NCBI GenBank assembly: GCA_964016885.1
Contig: OZ024742.1
Coordinates: 239,444,001-239,508,000, forward strand
Length of the DNA: 64,000 nt
Direction of reading: 5' to 3'
Source: Eledone cirrhosa
Lineage: Eukaryota
The notes under the pieces are model-generated. The model was not told where the DNA came from. It saw only the letters and a program-made list of their open reading frames with translations, and made no database searches. This document shows, piece by piece, positions 38,815 through 53,214 of the stretch. The translations under genes were made by a program, and so were the position numbers. The first letter of the stretch is position 1; the number at the start of each line of letters is the position of its first letter.

Positions 38815-39890
38815 AGGATGCCTGTGTGCAAAGTTCAATGCTACATGGTAGTGAAACATAGGCTGTGACTGCAGAGGACATGAATAGACTAGAGAGAAGA
38901 CTGCATTGGGACAGACTGCTACAAGGGCAAATATGATGCAGTAGATAGAAGAAACTATAGAGGCATCAAAGAAACTATAGAGGCATTCATGGACCAGGTC
39001 ATGAAAGAGTTATTGCATAGCTGATTAGGAACCGAATTAATCTAGAAGAGATGCAGTTCGGATTTGTGCCTGGTAAATGTACTACTGATGTCTACTTCCT
39101 TGTGAGGCAACTGCTAAAAGTAAGTCTCTCTACTTGGCATTTGTTGACCTGGAGGAAACCCCCATTCCATAATTTGGTGGGCTCTTAGGAAACCTGGGGT
39201 AGATGAGTGAGAGTGGTAAAAACCATGTTCAGAGGAACAGTCAGTAATGTTAGAATTACCAATGACTATAGTGAGGACTTTATTGTCAACCTTCAGGCTA
39301 TTATGGAAGAGTTTAAAACCAGCAGCTCACAGGAACTCCTATATGCTGATGACCTAGCCTTGATCCCTTCAGAAAAATTACCTAGCTCAGTATGCAGAAA
39401 AGAAGTGGGTAAAAATTCCATCCTATGTCCTAAATGTAAACTATGGCTACACAAGATATGTAGTGGCGTCTCAGGCAAGCTAGCAAAGAACATAGGTTTC
39501 ATATTTTGGTTGATGCACAAGAGCAGTAAGAACTCACAGGAAACAAGCTCTATCAAATGCTCAAAGGGCTCCATAGAAGTAGTCAACAGCTTCTGTCACC
39601 TGGATGACCAAATTTGCAGTGGATGTGTGTGTTCTGAATGAGAATTGGATGGAAAAAATTCATGGAGCTGCAACAGGTTTTTACCTCAAAATAAATGGCA
39701 TGATGTTTGTATACAAATATCAATACTGCATGGAAGTGAGACTTGGGCACTGTGTACAGAGGACAAACAAAGATTGGAAACAAATGAAGCTTGCATGCTC
39801 CAATGGATGTGTAGTAGTAGTGTACATGAATAGTGAAGCATCAATGAAGTGAGAGAGAAACTGTGCATAAGAGGAATTAGATACAGTGAC
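38815..39890 (+). mobile_element. Degraded, deleted RTE LINE fragments
   Basis: NYRGIK, QFGFVPG, LLYADDLAL, Cys-rich insert CPKCKLWLHKICSG, LHGSETW. Confidence 0.85.
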
Positions 39891-40703
39891 CAAAGACTAA
39901 AATTAGTAAAAGAATAAAAAAAATAAGGATTGAAACTGCATCACATTTTTAGTTTGCTAGGAACCCAGTTTACAAGCTATGGCATATCATCATCATTGTC
40001 TTTGTTTTTATATTGACTTTTCCATGTTGGCATAGGTTAGACAGAACTTGTTGAGGCAAAGTTTTATAGCTGGATGCCTTTCCTGGCACTAACACTTTTA
40101 TTCACTTCTTACAGCACAAAGGGATATGGTGTACCTATTCTAAATTGGATACACATGCTATAATGTAAAATAATTCATGTTGAAACATGCCAATATTTCA
40201 TAATTTAATAATTATTATATAAAACATACTGTATAGATTGTCATATCATCTACTTAGCATCTCTTCTCTTTATTTTTTTCTATATGTGTATACCCCAACC
40301 TGTTTTGTAATGACAATTGTATATATGATGTATCATATTTTTGTGATCAATAAAGAAATTATCGGTATTGTTGTTGTTGCTGCTATTGTGATATGAAATG
40401 TTTATACAAATAAGAAGTACTATTTCTAGTTTCTTTACACACAAATAAACAGTTGTTAATTTTGTCCATTAAAGTATGTTCTGAAAAGATTATTGATACA
40501 TCTCAATAAAAAAAATATCTTAATTACCATATATCATGATGTATTTGAAGCTTGAGAGAAAATAGTTCAAAGCACACACATACACATGTGTATGTATATG
40601 TGTAGATACACACATATACATACACATGTGTGTGTGTGTGTGCTTTAATCTATTTTCTATATATGTATTTATATGTATGATATACAGATATACATATATA
40701 TAT

Positions 40704-41044
40704 GGAGGCACATGGCTTAGTGGTTAGAGCATTGGCCTTGAAATTGAAAGGTTGTGAGTTCAATTCTCAGACCGGGTGATGTGTTGTGTCCTTGAGCAAG
40801 ACACTTTATTTCACATTGTTCCAGTTTACTCAGCTGTAGAAATGAGATGATAGGGACTGGCGTCCATGTCATTCCACTGCAAAGTGGTCGTGGAGGTGCC
40901 ACGGCAAAAAAGTACCCAGCACTCACTGTAAATGAGGTTGGTGTTAGGAAGGGCATCCAGCTGTGGAAATCAAGCCAGAATCAGTTCCCGTCCCACCTTT
41001 GCAAGCAGGGAAAAGCAGACGTAAAAAATGATGATGATGATGAT
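40704..41044 (+). mobile_element. Full-length tRNA-derived SINE (second family) with (GAT)n tail; a related inverted fragment lies at ~41112-41400
   Basis: A-box TGGCTTAGTGGTTAG, B-box GAGTTCAATTC, GTGTCCTTGAGCAAGACAC core, GTTAGGAAGGGCATCCAGC. Confidence 0.85.
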
Positions 41045-41723
41045 ATATATATATATATATATATACAAGCACACACACTTATACATATATCATATATACA
41101 TATATGTATCTCATCATCATCATCATTTAAAGTCCATCTTCCATGCTAGCATGGGTAAAATGTGCTGTCCCGTTGTGAGATATCTAGGTTGAAGGACTTT
41201 TTTGCTCACACAGACAGAACTGATTTTGGCATGGTTTCTATGGCTGGATGTCCATCCTAATGCCAACCACATTTACAGTGTGTACTGGGTGCTTTTTGTC
41301 ATGATACCTACATTAACACTTTACAGTGTGGGCTGAGCACTTTTTGTCGTGACACCAGCATGAGCAATTTACTGTTTTGACTGGGCGCTTATTGTCATGG
41401 CACCAGGATGACCACTTTATGGTGTGGATTGAGGACTTGGATGGGGGAGATGCACGGGAAATTAGGAAGGTAGATATAATAATAATTGTTTCTACTTTTG
41501 GCACAAGGTCAGCAATTACCCACTACATTACTGGTACTTTATTTTATCGACCCCGTAAGGATGAAAGACAAAGTTAACCTCAGCCTAAGTAATAATAATA
41601 ATAACAATAATAACAATAACAATAAGGGTTTAGATCGATATCCAGTGATTTTGATCTCATTGTTTACAATTCGCTCAAGAAATTCATTTGGAGCACACGC
41701 ATAGGATTAATGGAAATATAACA

Positions 41724-41982
<259 letters not shown>

Positions 41983-43364
41983 GTGACATTAGACAACATA
42001 CATACATGTGGATGTATATATATATTAGACAAAACACACACACACTTACACAAATACAAACATACAAGGACATGCAATTGCATGCACACAGACTGAATTG
42101 CATTATCTATCCACCCTTTCATATACACATACATACATATATACATCTATAAATTCATACATACATACATACATCATTCTTTGAGCAACCATATCATTTT
42201 AGTGTTTCAGAAGACTTGGAGTTAGATTGACATTTGGAGTTAGATTGACAATTCTGTTTTCAATGTTTTCAATGTTTGAATGTAAGTAGAAAGTTTACTT
42301 TTGTGTCCTTCCCAACATATAATCCACATCCAAGCTATTCCTTCGTTTTCTAATCCTTGGATTTCCAAAAATTTTACATCTTATCCTTTCATTTATGAGT
42401 AGGTAACTTGAATTTTCCTTCTCAGCATATCTCTTCACAATAAGCCCATGACTCTCAAGATCCTCTAAGTTGTTCACCACAGTTGCACTATGTCAGTGAA
42501 GATAAATAAAGCTACCTAAAACATCTGTAGAAACTTCCCCACTACCTAAAACTGGCAAACACCACAACAATGCCTGTGAGATAATAACAAAAGCAAAAGT
42601 TACTTTCATGTATCATATAGCCTGCAAGTTCTTCCTTACTAGCCAGCAAGTTCTCCCTTACTCCACAAAATCTCTACTTCTCCACTTAAGCAATGTGTAA
42701 AAGCTCTTCCAACCATTTTAACTCATAACATTCTGCAATGATTTAGCTGAAAATATCTAAAAGTGATTTTGTTAATTAAAATGCTTATAGTACATTATCT
42801 TACTAATGGACAGAATGAAAAATTGAAGTAAAAACTTCAATTTTTTATGTAACACAATCATAGTGCTGTTTTATACTTTTCCCGATTGCCTTGCTAATGT
42901 GGTTTCATGTGGTACAAGATGTTAAAATTTAATCCATTAAGACAATTAGCTCTAATAATGCCTGCCTTATTACTATCAGTACACTCTTCAGCTGGTTCAT
43001 ATCTTCACCAAATATTTCATTTTCTCTCTACCCAATATTTGAAAATATACTTCAATGAGTCCCATTCCATAGAACAACCTCTCTGATCTTGCCAACAAAA
43101 GCCATATCATCCTCAATTCTAAAATCTCAAATGTGATAGAGACAGTCATAAATAACCATGTTTTCCATCACCATAAATCCAGAACTACCTTTACCATAAA
43201 TCTTGATGTAGTTAAATACAGCTTTCACAAAACTTTACCCAAAACTAAAAGTGGTCTCTTACTCATGAGAACTTTTGGAAAAACAAACATTTGAAAAACT
43301 TCTAGTTAAGTTGCTCATTTGTAGGATTTATCAATTAATGCCTTATGCAGTCCTCTCTCTAGGT

Positions 43365-45818
43365 CAAGGTATCCCAACCAGGAGTGCTTTCACCCTCTAG
43401 GGTGCGAGATAGCATTCCAGGATGTGTGAGATAACATTCCAGTATTTTGTTTTTATTAATAGTATTATTGTAATATTTATTCTTATCCATATTTTCATTT
43501 CTTTTTTCAGATAAGTCTTAGCTTTTTAATAATAATTTTAATTTAATCATATTAACTCTTCATCATGTAAAAAAAAAATTAAATGGGATGATGACTATGT
43601 GCGCTTTGATTTCACTTGCACAGGAAAAACTAAGGATCTGCCAAACCACCAGTGCATGCTTTGTAATACATTTTTTCCAACACAAATTTGAAGCCATCCA
43701 AGCTGCAAGATCACTTCAACAACCAGCATAGTGGAGCCAATGTTTCAGGCAATGATGTTGAATCGTTGAAAGCTAGAAGAGCCTGTTTTGATTTTCAAGC
43801 AACCCTTCCAAAATTTGGTTTTGTATCTGTTAACAAACCACTGCTAATGCCTTCATACCAAGTGGTGTATAAAGTAGCCAAGTCCAAGAAGCCCCATACA
43901 ATTGCAGAAGAGCTTATCAAACCATATGCCTTAGAAATGGCAACAATTGTTCTTGGAAAAGAAGCAAGAAAGAAGTTTGAATTAGTGCTGCTATTAAATA
44001 ATGTTAATCAGAGATGAATTGATTATTTGAGTTTAGATATTTCGGATCAAGTTATCTCACATATCAGGGCTAGTCCTTTGAAAATCTCTCTCCAGTTGGA
44101 TGAAACAACTGATGTTTCAAGTTGCAATCAACTCATCCCATTAGTGAGGTATGTCCATGATAATGCCGTAAAGGAGGATTTCCTGTTCTGTGAAGACCAG
44201 AAAACAGCCACAAAAGGAAAAGATGTGTTCCAGTTTGTGAAAGACTTTTTTACAAAACATGATTTAGATATCCAAGTGCACTGATAGCAGCCCTGCTATG
44301 CAAAGAAATAAATCTGTATTTTCTGCACTGATGAAACATGAGATTATGCACTTGCAAGGTACCCACTGTTTCCTTCATCACCAAGCTTTGGCATCCAAAC
44401 CATTGCCTCCAAAATTAAAAAAAGTCCTCAACACTTCTGTAAAGACAATCAACTGGATTAGAGGTCACACTTTAACCTTTTAGCATTTACACTACTCTGT
44501 ATATACTATTGTATTTTTGTGGTAAAGGCTTTACTTCACATAATTATCTCACATAATATCGAATCTATGAGATTTTGATAGTATTTATTTTGAGAACAAT
44601 ACCATCAGTATTAGTGGCTGGTTACAGTTAGTTTGAACAGAAAGAGGTGAGAGAATTCTGGCTGGATATGGCCTGTTTAAATGCTAAAGGGTTAAACCAT
44701 TGCCTCTTTAAGTCATTTTTTGAAGATCTTGGAAATGAGCATACAGTTTTGCTTTCCCACACAGAAGTCCTCTTCTTCAACCTGCAAGACAAAATCAAAG
44801 CTTTCTAGAGGAACATGACCATTATCTGCTCAGAGAATTGGAATCACAAGAGTTCAACCTAATGCTTGCTTATTTGACTGATATTTTTGCTCATATGAAT
44901 GATCTGAGTATATCTCTTCAAGGAAAAAACATGAACATTTGGAAATGTTGCGAAAAGATAAATGCTTTCAAAGAAAAGTTATCTCTTTGGTGTCGACAAG
45001 TGAAAATAGGGAATCTTTCAAATTTTACAACAGTTGAAGAAAGTGTCAATGGAAATTAATCTGTAATTCCCAGTGTGTGTGAAGAAATTGTGGCTCCTTT
45101 AAAAATACTATTGAAGTCATTTGATGGATTTTTGCAGCAGAAGAATGGGAAACTTCTGAAGAATTGATTATGAATCCATACTCCTTCAATTTGGATAATA
45201 TGTTGGATGATGGAGAGCTGAATGAAGATCTTATTGAACTGCATACAAATTGTGTTCTTGAAATGTAATTTGAAAGCAAGTCTTTGAAAGAGTATTGGTG
45301 TTTGGCAATGAATATGTTTCCAAGACTTTGTGAAAAAGCACTAGCTGTGCTCATTCTATTTGTGACAACATACTTATGTGAGTCTGGATTTTGTCCATCA
45401 AGACAAAATCTAGAAATTGCTTGAATGCACAGGCAGACATGCAGATTGCTATCAGCAACAAGGTGCCATGTTTTGTAAAACCATAACCCAGAAACAGGAA
45501 CAAAAAAGTTATTAAATTTAAATTCACTTATGAATGTTAATTTTTAAACTTTTTATTTTGTAAATTTCATACATGAATTATAATTTAATTCTTTTTTAAG
45601 ATTTATTCAAATTTTAATTTTTATAATATTTTTCTTTTCCATATGTTTCATTTTTGTTTACATATTATTAAAAAATTAGATTATATAAATTTGTTGCTCA
45701 AATTTAGTATTAATTCGTCTTCTTATATCCTAGAATAAATTCTTACTTTTTTAAGGGGTGCGAGAACATATTAAAAATCTTTTAGGAGTGTCGGCATGTA
45801 AAAGGTTGGGAAACACTG
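43365..45818 (+). mobile_element. hAT (Buster/Charlie-type) DNA transposon, full extent, transposase decayed
   Basis: TIRs CAAGGTATCCCAACC / GGTTGGGAAACACTG; 8-bp TSD CTCTAGGT/CTCTAGAT; KPSKL..H, KKPHTIAEELIKP, LQLDETTD, HCFLHHQAL, LAYLTDIF, TTYLCESGF. Confidence 0.93.
44476..44691. mobile_element. piggyBac-type MITE nested in the hAT transposase
   Basis: TTAA TSD; TIRs CCTTTTAGCATTTA / TAAATGCTAAAGGG. Removing it restores the reading GHTLNHCLF. Confidence 0.88.
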
Positions 45819-46323
45819 CTCTAGATTAACATCCTACTGCTGTTATTTCTAAGAACAGACACTCCTCTATAGATGATACAACTATTCACACTTTTTTTTG
45901 CATGTGGGTACCAACCATATCTAATCAAAACTTTTCAAACCAAACATACAGTGCTTCCCCCTGGAATAGAAATATCAAAAACAGTTTTCAAAAAGGATCT
46001 GGTAACTTAGTTTCAATAGTACAAATTTTCAATGACTCTACAAATCACAGCCCCTCAACAATTAAAACCTTCAAATCACTACAAATATTAAGTATGTGGT
46101 GGCTTCTGATTATACAAACCAGCAAAAAAGCTTCTGCTTGATGGCTTAACTGGCTGAAAATAGCAGCCAAATCTCCCTCAAATCATATTTCACCATCTTA
46201 ATAAAGAATGCATTGAACAATGTAGTTGTTGATATATATACAAAAAGATAAGATAGTCATGACTGGAATAGCTTTGATCATAGGTGTGCCTGCTGGAGGC
46301 TTGATTTAGAGCTAAACAATAAT

Positions 46324-46496
46324 TGTTTCTACTTTTGGCACAAGGCCAGCAATTATTACCAGTGTATTACTGGTACTTCATTTTATCGACCCCGTAAGGA
46401 TGAAAGGCGGGATTTGAACTCAGATCATAAAGGGCCGTAACTCTTTGCTGCAAAGCATGGCGTCCGATCCTCTACCAATACTGCCAATCCACCGCC
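46324..46496 (-). mobile_element. tRNA-SINE with 18-bp TSD TTAGAGCTAAACAATAAT
   Basis: TSD at 46306-46323 and 46497-46514. Confidence 0.92.
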
Positions 46497-47656
46497 TTAG
46501 AGCTAAACAATAATGACAACAACTTTGCATCATATAATTTCCCCAAAACAGCATCTCAGAAACTTGACCAGAATTTATTTCACCTTTGATTGGTTGCTGA
46601 TCATGTGACATACATTTGAATACTCTTTTAATATCTTGAACATTACTGCTACACATTCAAAACCGCTAGATTTCCAATAATATTCTTGCTTTTATATCTA
46701 ATTTCATTAATTTTTTTCATTTATTTCATTTAACTACACCTTATTACAAATAGTTATATATGTATTGTTCTTAGCATTTGGTCCTATTACAAATACTATT
46801 CTAATATTTTATTTTACTTTTACTTTTATACTTAATTGTGTATTGTATCCTGGTTTGACCATTTAGTCAAAAATATTTTAAAGCTTTTGCTTTAATTCTC
46901 TTGTTCCTGTCTCTAGATAACTGTACAAATGTTCAAATGCTGGATCACCAATTTGTAGGTTTCTTTGAACTTTGAGGTCGCCAATTATAGGAAATCAAAA
47001 GGGTGGGCTCATAGTTATATATTATTTTTCATCAGCATCATCACTATCATCATTTAACAGCTGTTTTCTTTGTTAGCAAGAGTTAGGTGAGACATCACAT
47101 ACTGAGTCAATACTCAAACAGAACTACTGACGTCTCACATAGTTTATGAATATATGTGGAGAAAAAACACAGACAGCATACAACAAATCTTAATTCACAT
47201 CAGTCAAAGCATGTTTACATAAATGTGTTTGAAAACTTTATGCACATATTTTCATGTTTCACAAAGTTATTAGGATAACATGTGTAAAAATGTTCAGATG
47301 TATTTTTTGTTTATGAATTCAAAATACTTATGAGCAGAATAGATGGCAGTAAAGATAGATATAGATGACATACATGGTTTTAAACTAATGGAAGTGACAG
47401 TTTGACAAATAATTTCTTATTTAGAGTAACAGAGGATTTAAGATAACCAATTTTATGTTGTTGAGGTTAAAATAACTGTTTAAGAACAAGAGAAAGTGTG
47501 AAATAATAGAGCTTAGCTATGACTGCCAGTGACGTAAAGAGAAGTTAAATGAGACATGTGTTATCTTGAAGTCACAAAAAAAAAGACCACAAGCTACTGT
47601 ACTTTGATTGGCTAAAATAACATGTGATAACTGTAAAAATGAAATGGCTATGTATT

Positions 47657-48398
47657 CGAGGGTCAGTTGAAAAGTTCATAGGCTGACCAAGATACTCTCA
47701 TGGAATGTGACCGAATGAAGTTTATTTTTCAACATAGTCCCCCTTGCAATCCACACACTTTTTCCATCAGTGTTGTAGTGCATGCATCCCATTGGTGAAG
47801 AAGCTTTCATCCTGATGGTAAAAATAGTCATCAACAGCAGGTTTGACATCATCATCACTGCGGTACTAGTTCCCAGCCAAGTGCTTTTTCATGTTGGGGA
47901 ACAGATGATAGTCATTTGGGGCCAAATCAGGAGAATAGGGAGGGTGATCAACCAGTTTGAAGCCACAGTCATGCACAGTAACCATTGAAACCAAAGACTT
48001 GTATGTTGGAGCATTGTCCTGATGAAACAAGACCCCTTTCATCAGTTTTCCTGGGCGTTTGGTCTTGATAGACTTTTGTACCTGACTCAGCAAGTTGGCA
48101 TAGTGCTCTCTATTTATGGTGTGGCCCTTTTAAAGTTAGTCAATAAACTGAGGCCATCAACGATCCTATGTAGTAACCATGTCAGCATGAATGTCCTTGG
48201 GGATAAACCCTTTTTCTGCAGGTACTTGATAACACCACAATGCCAAATTTTGTCCATTTTCAAAAGTCAGATGTCAGTTTACCTGAAAAGAAACAACACA
48301 GTTATAAATAAAAAGAGTTGAAATTAATGCATGCAAGACTTCACAGCTCTAGCATCATTCCTTCATAGTTAGTCTATGAACTTTTCAGTCCACTCTCG
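47657..48398 (-). mobile_element. Internally deleted mariner transposon
   Basis: TIRs CGAGGGTCAGTTGAAAAGTTCATAGGCTGAC / GTTAGTCTATGAACTTTTCAGTCCACTCTCG; FHQDNAP and HPPYSPDLAPNDYHLF motifs. Confidence 0.92.
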
Positions 48399-49002
48399 TA
48401 TATATACTCATAGCACCTAATTGAGTCATGGGAGCATTTTAAACTTGGTGGGGACCATTTCCTCTCCTGGTTTGAGCACCACTAATTTCATCCAGAAAAG
48501 GAGATATTGAAAGAAGTATCAACTGGTACTTCATTTATTGACCTCGAAAAAATGAAAGACAAAATTGACCTTAGTGAGTTTTGAACACAGGGTGCAGAGA
48601 TCCAGAATAAATGCTGCAAAGAATTACAACTAATGTTACAAAAAATTAAGAATAATAACTCAAAGAATATTGGTTTCTGATAGACTAAAATAGCACAAGT
48701 GAAATGAAAATGGTCATACATTTAGTTAAACTAGTCAAAAATAGCTCACAGATTTTTTTTTTGATGGGCTAAAATTTACAGTTGGCTAAAGCAACAAACG
48801 CAACAATGATGAAATTAAAATTTTGCCTACATAAGGATTCTACATAAGGATTCTGTACATCTTAGGAGGTTTTTTTTAAAAAACTTTTTAAACTGATCTT
48901 GCTTCAATTTTTACACATATATTTACACTAACATATGCATAAGTGTTGTAAAGTGTACAGTTGATTATTGTCTTTTTCATAACTATTATCTAAAATTTGC
49001 AG

Positions 49003-49062
49003 CATTTAAAGCCCCAACCAGTTTGCTTCAGCATAATGGTGCAAGTGCTAAGTGGAAGAGAG
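49003..49062 (+). CDS. Candidate upstream exon of the host gene (phase 1-1, FKAPTSLLQHNGASAKWKR)
   Basis: TTTGCAG acceptor, AG|GTGAGT donor, 60 bp, open in the frame that joins exon 52823. Confidence 0.4.
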
Positions 49063-52000
49063 GTGAGTGTGAATCTCTTTATAAACATTCCTGTATTTTT
49101 GGTGAAACATTGTGATGAGTCATTGTTCTTTTACCACCACCACCACTGCTGCCGCCATCATCATCAGTGTGATCATCATTATCCTCCTCCTCCTAGTTCT
49201 CTCCACCCCATCTGCTTCCCCCCACCATCATCATCATCAGCCTCAACAGCATCCTTATCTTCATCCTTACCCTCACCCTCCTCTTCATCATAGCCCCCTC
49301 CTCCCCATCTGTCTCACCCCCAACAGCACCACCACTGCCACCATCGTTTAACATCTGTTTTCCCTGCTAGGACATATTGTCACAAACCAGTCAGTACTCT
49401 GTCTTCAAGTTGGAGCTGGGTGCCTGATATATGATCTACTGAGTACATTTCAAACTGTTTGCCCCTCCTATTGTTATCTTGTCTACCTCCAACCAACAAC
49501 AGCATGTAGCTGTCATTCCCACCACACTTATGGTCAAACATTTATGTCCACCTTAGCCAGTTCTTCACTTCCATGCTAATTATTGGTCAAACTGCCTTGA
49601 GACAAGACATCTTCCCACCATCCATCCTTGTCTCAGAACAAGACACATTTTTTATCACTATAAAAAAAAAAACCTAGTACTTCTAGTAAAGTGGCTGGTG
49701 CGTGAATGATAACAGCATAAAAAAAAGTGGGTTAAACAACCCTAATGCTAGTATCATGGTAAAATAGACTCAGAAAATTGGCTAGTGTTATGAAAGGCAT
49801 CCAAGTGTAGAAATCATGCTAAAAGGGGTAAAGAGGACTCTTCAGTTATACCAGAAACAAGATAACTTTTCTAATGCTGGGGCTATAATAAAAAAGTACT
49901 CTAGTACACTTAGAAAAAAGGTTCATAGTAGGAAAAGCATCCAGCTGTAAAAGTTATACTAAAATAAAAGGGATGATAGGAGTTGATCAAGGTAGCTGGA
50001 GTTTGAATGACTTTGTAGACATTCACTTGTTGGTTCAGGTTCTCCTATGGGTTCATTGAATTGTTATGTTGGTGTTGGTGGAGAAGCAACTACTGGCATT
50101 ACTGTTTATCTTTGTTTAGCCCTAGATTAGCCCAATCTAGTAGGCCTATGATTAAAGTTATTTGTATCTTTTTTATATATCAGAGTCTGCATTATACAAT
50201 ATGCCTTCCTTTTATATGATAGTGTGGTTCAAGATAATCTAGTTGCTATATCTAGCAGATCAAGCAACCACATAAAGACTACTCTGTTGGCTCATTTTTA
50301 TTGTGGGTGATGATGTTAGTAGTATTTCCATGATGTTATTGTTGTTGCTATTGTTGCTCATGGTATTCCCAGTTAATTCTTTGGTGTTATTGTTGAAAAT
50401 GCTTAGATTTCAAATCAGCAGTTCTGGCTTGAGCGGCAGAGCCTGATCTGTTTACTGTGGTGAGCAGCACTAACACCTGCTAATTATTTATAAAGTGATT
50501 TAATCTGTAAATTCCTTAACTTAACACATTTTACCTAGGCTTTTGGCATTCATGTTTGGAAACAATTAAATTAATGTTCTGTACTAACTTTATTTCTAAA
50601 CTGCATAACAATTATAATGGTTTCTTATATAGGCACAAGGCCAGCAATTCTGGGGGAAGGGAAAGACAATTAAATCGACCACAGTACATTACTGGTGCTT
50701 TATTTTATCGACCCCATAAGGATGAAAGGCAAAGCTAACCTCAGTGGGATTTGAAATAAAAAATTATAATATAGAAGATATTTATTTTCTAAATTCCTAA
50801 TGAAACATAATAGTTGCAAAATATTTTATAGACAAACTCACATTGCTTGGACTGAATGCAAATAAAAAATAATGTGATGAGGTAGTACTGGTACCATGAT
50901 AAAATGCACTCAGCCCACTCTGTGCCATAATGAAAAGTACCCAGTCCACCCTGTATGGTGTTTGTGCGGGAGACACAATAAAATGCTCCTGGTACACACT
51001 GTAAAGTGGTTGGCATTAGGAAAAACATACAGCCACAGAAACCAAGCCAAAATGGAGTTTATGAGAGTAGGATGTAGTCACCTAACTAGCCTGCATTCAG
51101 CTATAAGGATACACAGTTTGGGAGAGGGTTACAGTCGATTGAATCAATCATGGGGGAAGGTTACAGTTGATTGAATCAACCATTGAATCAACCATTACAC
51201 ATCACTCGTATTTTATTTTATTGACTTAGCAGGATTTAAACTCATGAGAGAAAGAGCCAGAACAAATGCCACAATGTATTTTGACTAACACTGTAAAATC
51301 TGCCAGCAAGGAACTTGTCAATTATGTCAGTAAGATATTTATAGTAAGTGTGGTTGCATCATACTTTAGCTTTATCAAAACCCTAATTTTAATATTAACC
51401 CTTTTGTTATCATTATCTATTGAAAGAAGAGTGGTGGATTGGCAGAGATGTTAGAGCTTCAAACAATTGATTAGCAGTATTTGTTCCAGCTCTTTACATT
51501 TTGAGTTCTAATCCTACTGAGGTCAACTTTGCCTTTCATTCTTTCGATGTTGACAAAAAAAGTAGCAATTGAGGGTTGATTCTTCCTCTAAATTTCTTTC
51601 TCATTTTCTATCTTTCTCTGGAAGAAATCTGCTGTGTTGAGAGCTGTCGAGGGATGGGTTGTACCAGGCTTAAAATGCTCAAGAAATGCTGTATGCCAGT
51701 ACGGCATTCCAACAGCTCCATCAGGAGTTATGGGACCATACCATAACAATCTTAATATTAAGGCTTTTGTTGCCATAATCTATTGAAAGAAGCATGGGGA
51801 TTGGCAGGGGTGTTAGAGCTTCAAACAAATGATTATCAGTATTTGTTCCAGCTCTTTGCATTCTTTTAGGGAAGATGAAATATAGTACCAGTCAAATACT
51901 AGGGTCAATTTAGTCAACTTCCTTTTCCTCTAAATTGCTGGTAGAAATCATATTTCTAATGAAAGACACTGACTGTAATTTTCAAATATTTTTTAAATAA

Positions 52001-52822
52001 TCAAGAATTTTGAAGAATTTAATAATATGATTAACCTTCTCCTTTCTAAGCTCATGTTTTGAACATAAATTTTCTTTAAAAGAATTGCGAGAGAAGGTTT
52101 TTTGAGAAATATAAACACATGAAAACAATCATGTTGGGTGGTTTCAGGTGGTTTGGTATCAAATAGGATATCCATAAATTCTGATCTAACTCTAAATTTA
52201 ATCCATCCATAAATGAAGCAGATTTTATTTTACCTTATTCAGTGAATTGACTATAGGTGGGGAATTAGTTGAAATGTTAGAGCACTGAACAAAATACCTT
52301 GCACTATTTATTCTGAATCCTTGCAGCCTGAGTTTGAATATCATTAGGTCAACTTTGCTTTTCATCATTCTGAAGTCCATAAATAAAGCATCAAACAGGG
52401 ACAGTGGACTGATGGAGTAATTTGAGCATTGGATAGAATGCCTCACTTTTTTGTGTTCTGAATTTAAATCTCGCAATAGATTTAATAAGTAGTATGGTTT
52501 AATACTGTCAGCTAGCTTTTGGGTGCCTAAAAAAATTGGAACCTACTAATATATATTAACTGTAAGTTTCAATCCAAATTTAGCTAATAGCCATGAAAAA
52601 TAATCCCAAAAATTAAACTCAATTACCAATGTCATGTATATTATTTCTATCCTGCCAAGGTTAGCTTTGCCTTTCATCCTTACAGGGTTGATAAATAAAG
52701 CACCAGTAATGCACTGGGGTCGATTTAATCGACTTACCCCACCCCTTCAAGTTGCTGGCCTTGTGCCTAAAGTAGAAACAATTATTTCTAGCATATTAAC
52801 ATCTATGTTTTTTTTTTTGCAG

Positions 52823-53173
52823 CTATACTAATCTTAGTATTTCATTTTATCCTGTTTGATATATGTACATCGGAAGAGCTAAGAAAGTCAAAGAGTATTG
52901 TACAAAGTTCACCAAGTACACCCAGTGTAGTCTTTCAAAACTTCTATCAACAGATACCATTTAACGCTCTCCTATTTTCAAATACATCAACTTTTCCCAG
53001 TTACTCAGTTAGCAGTAAAATGCAATGCGCAGCAGATTGTGCCAGAAGTACTTACTGCAGCTATTTTACATACACAGCTAAAAGCTTAAAATGTTCTTTA
53101 CTCCACTATTGGAAAGATGAACTCAGCATTAATTTACATGAGGCTGCAAGATCCTATTACTCTGTTGATGAAG
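52823..53173 (+). CDS. Host gene exon: hydrophobic leader plus PAN/apple-like domain
   Basis: (T)nGCAG acceptor, AAG|GTAAGT donor, 351 bp open: ILILVFHFILFDICTSEE...SKMQCAADCARSTYCSYFTYTAKSLKCSLL...YYSVDE. Confidence 0.85.
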
Positions 53174-53214
53174 GTAAGTCATAGGTTCAGAAATATTAAG
53201 TTAATCTTAAGGCA

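Noticed and set aside
42250-43356. Old minus-strand LINE remnant, possibly continuing at 45827-46120
   Set aside because: Too degenerate to assign motifs with confidence.
48997-49351. His/Pro/Ser-rich ORFs
   Set aside because: Degenerate (CAT/CAC/CCT)n simple sequence downstream of a splice donor.
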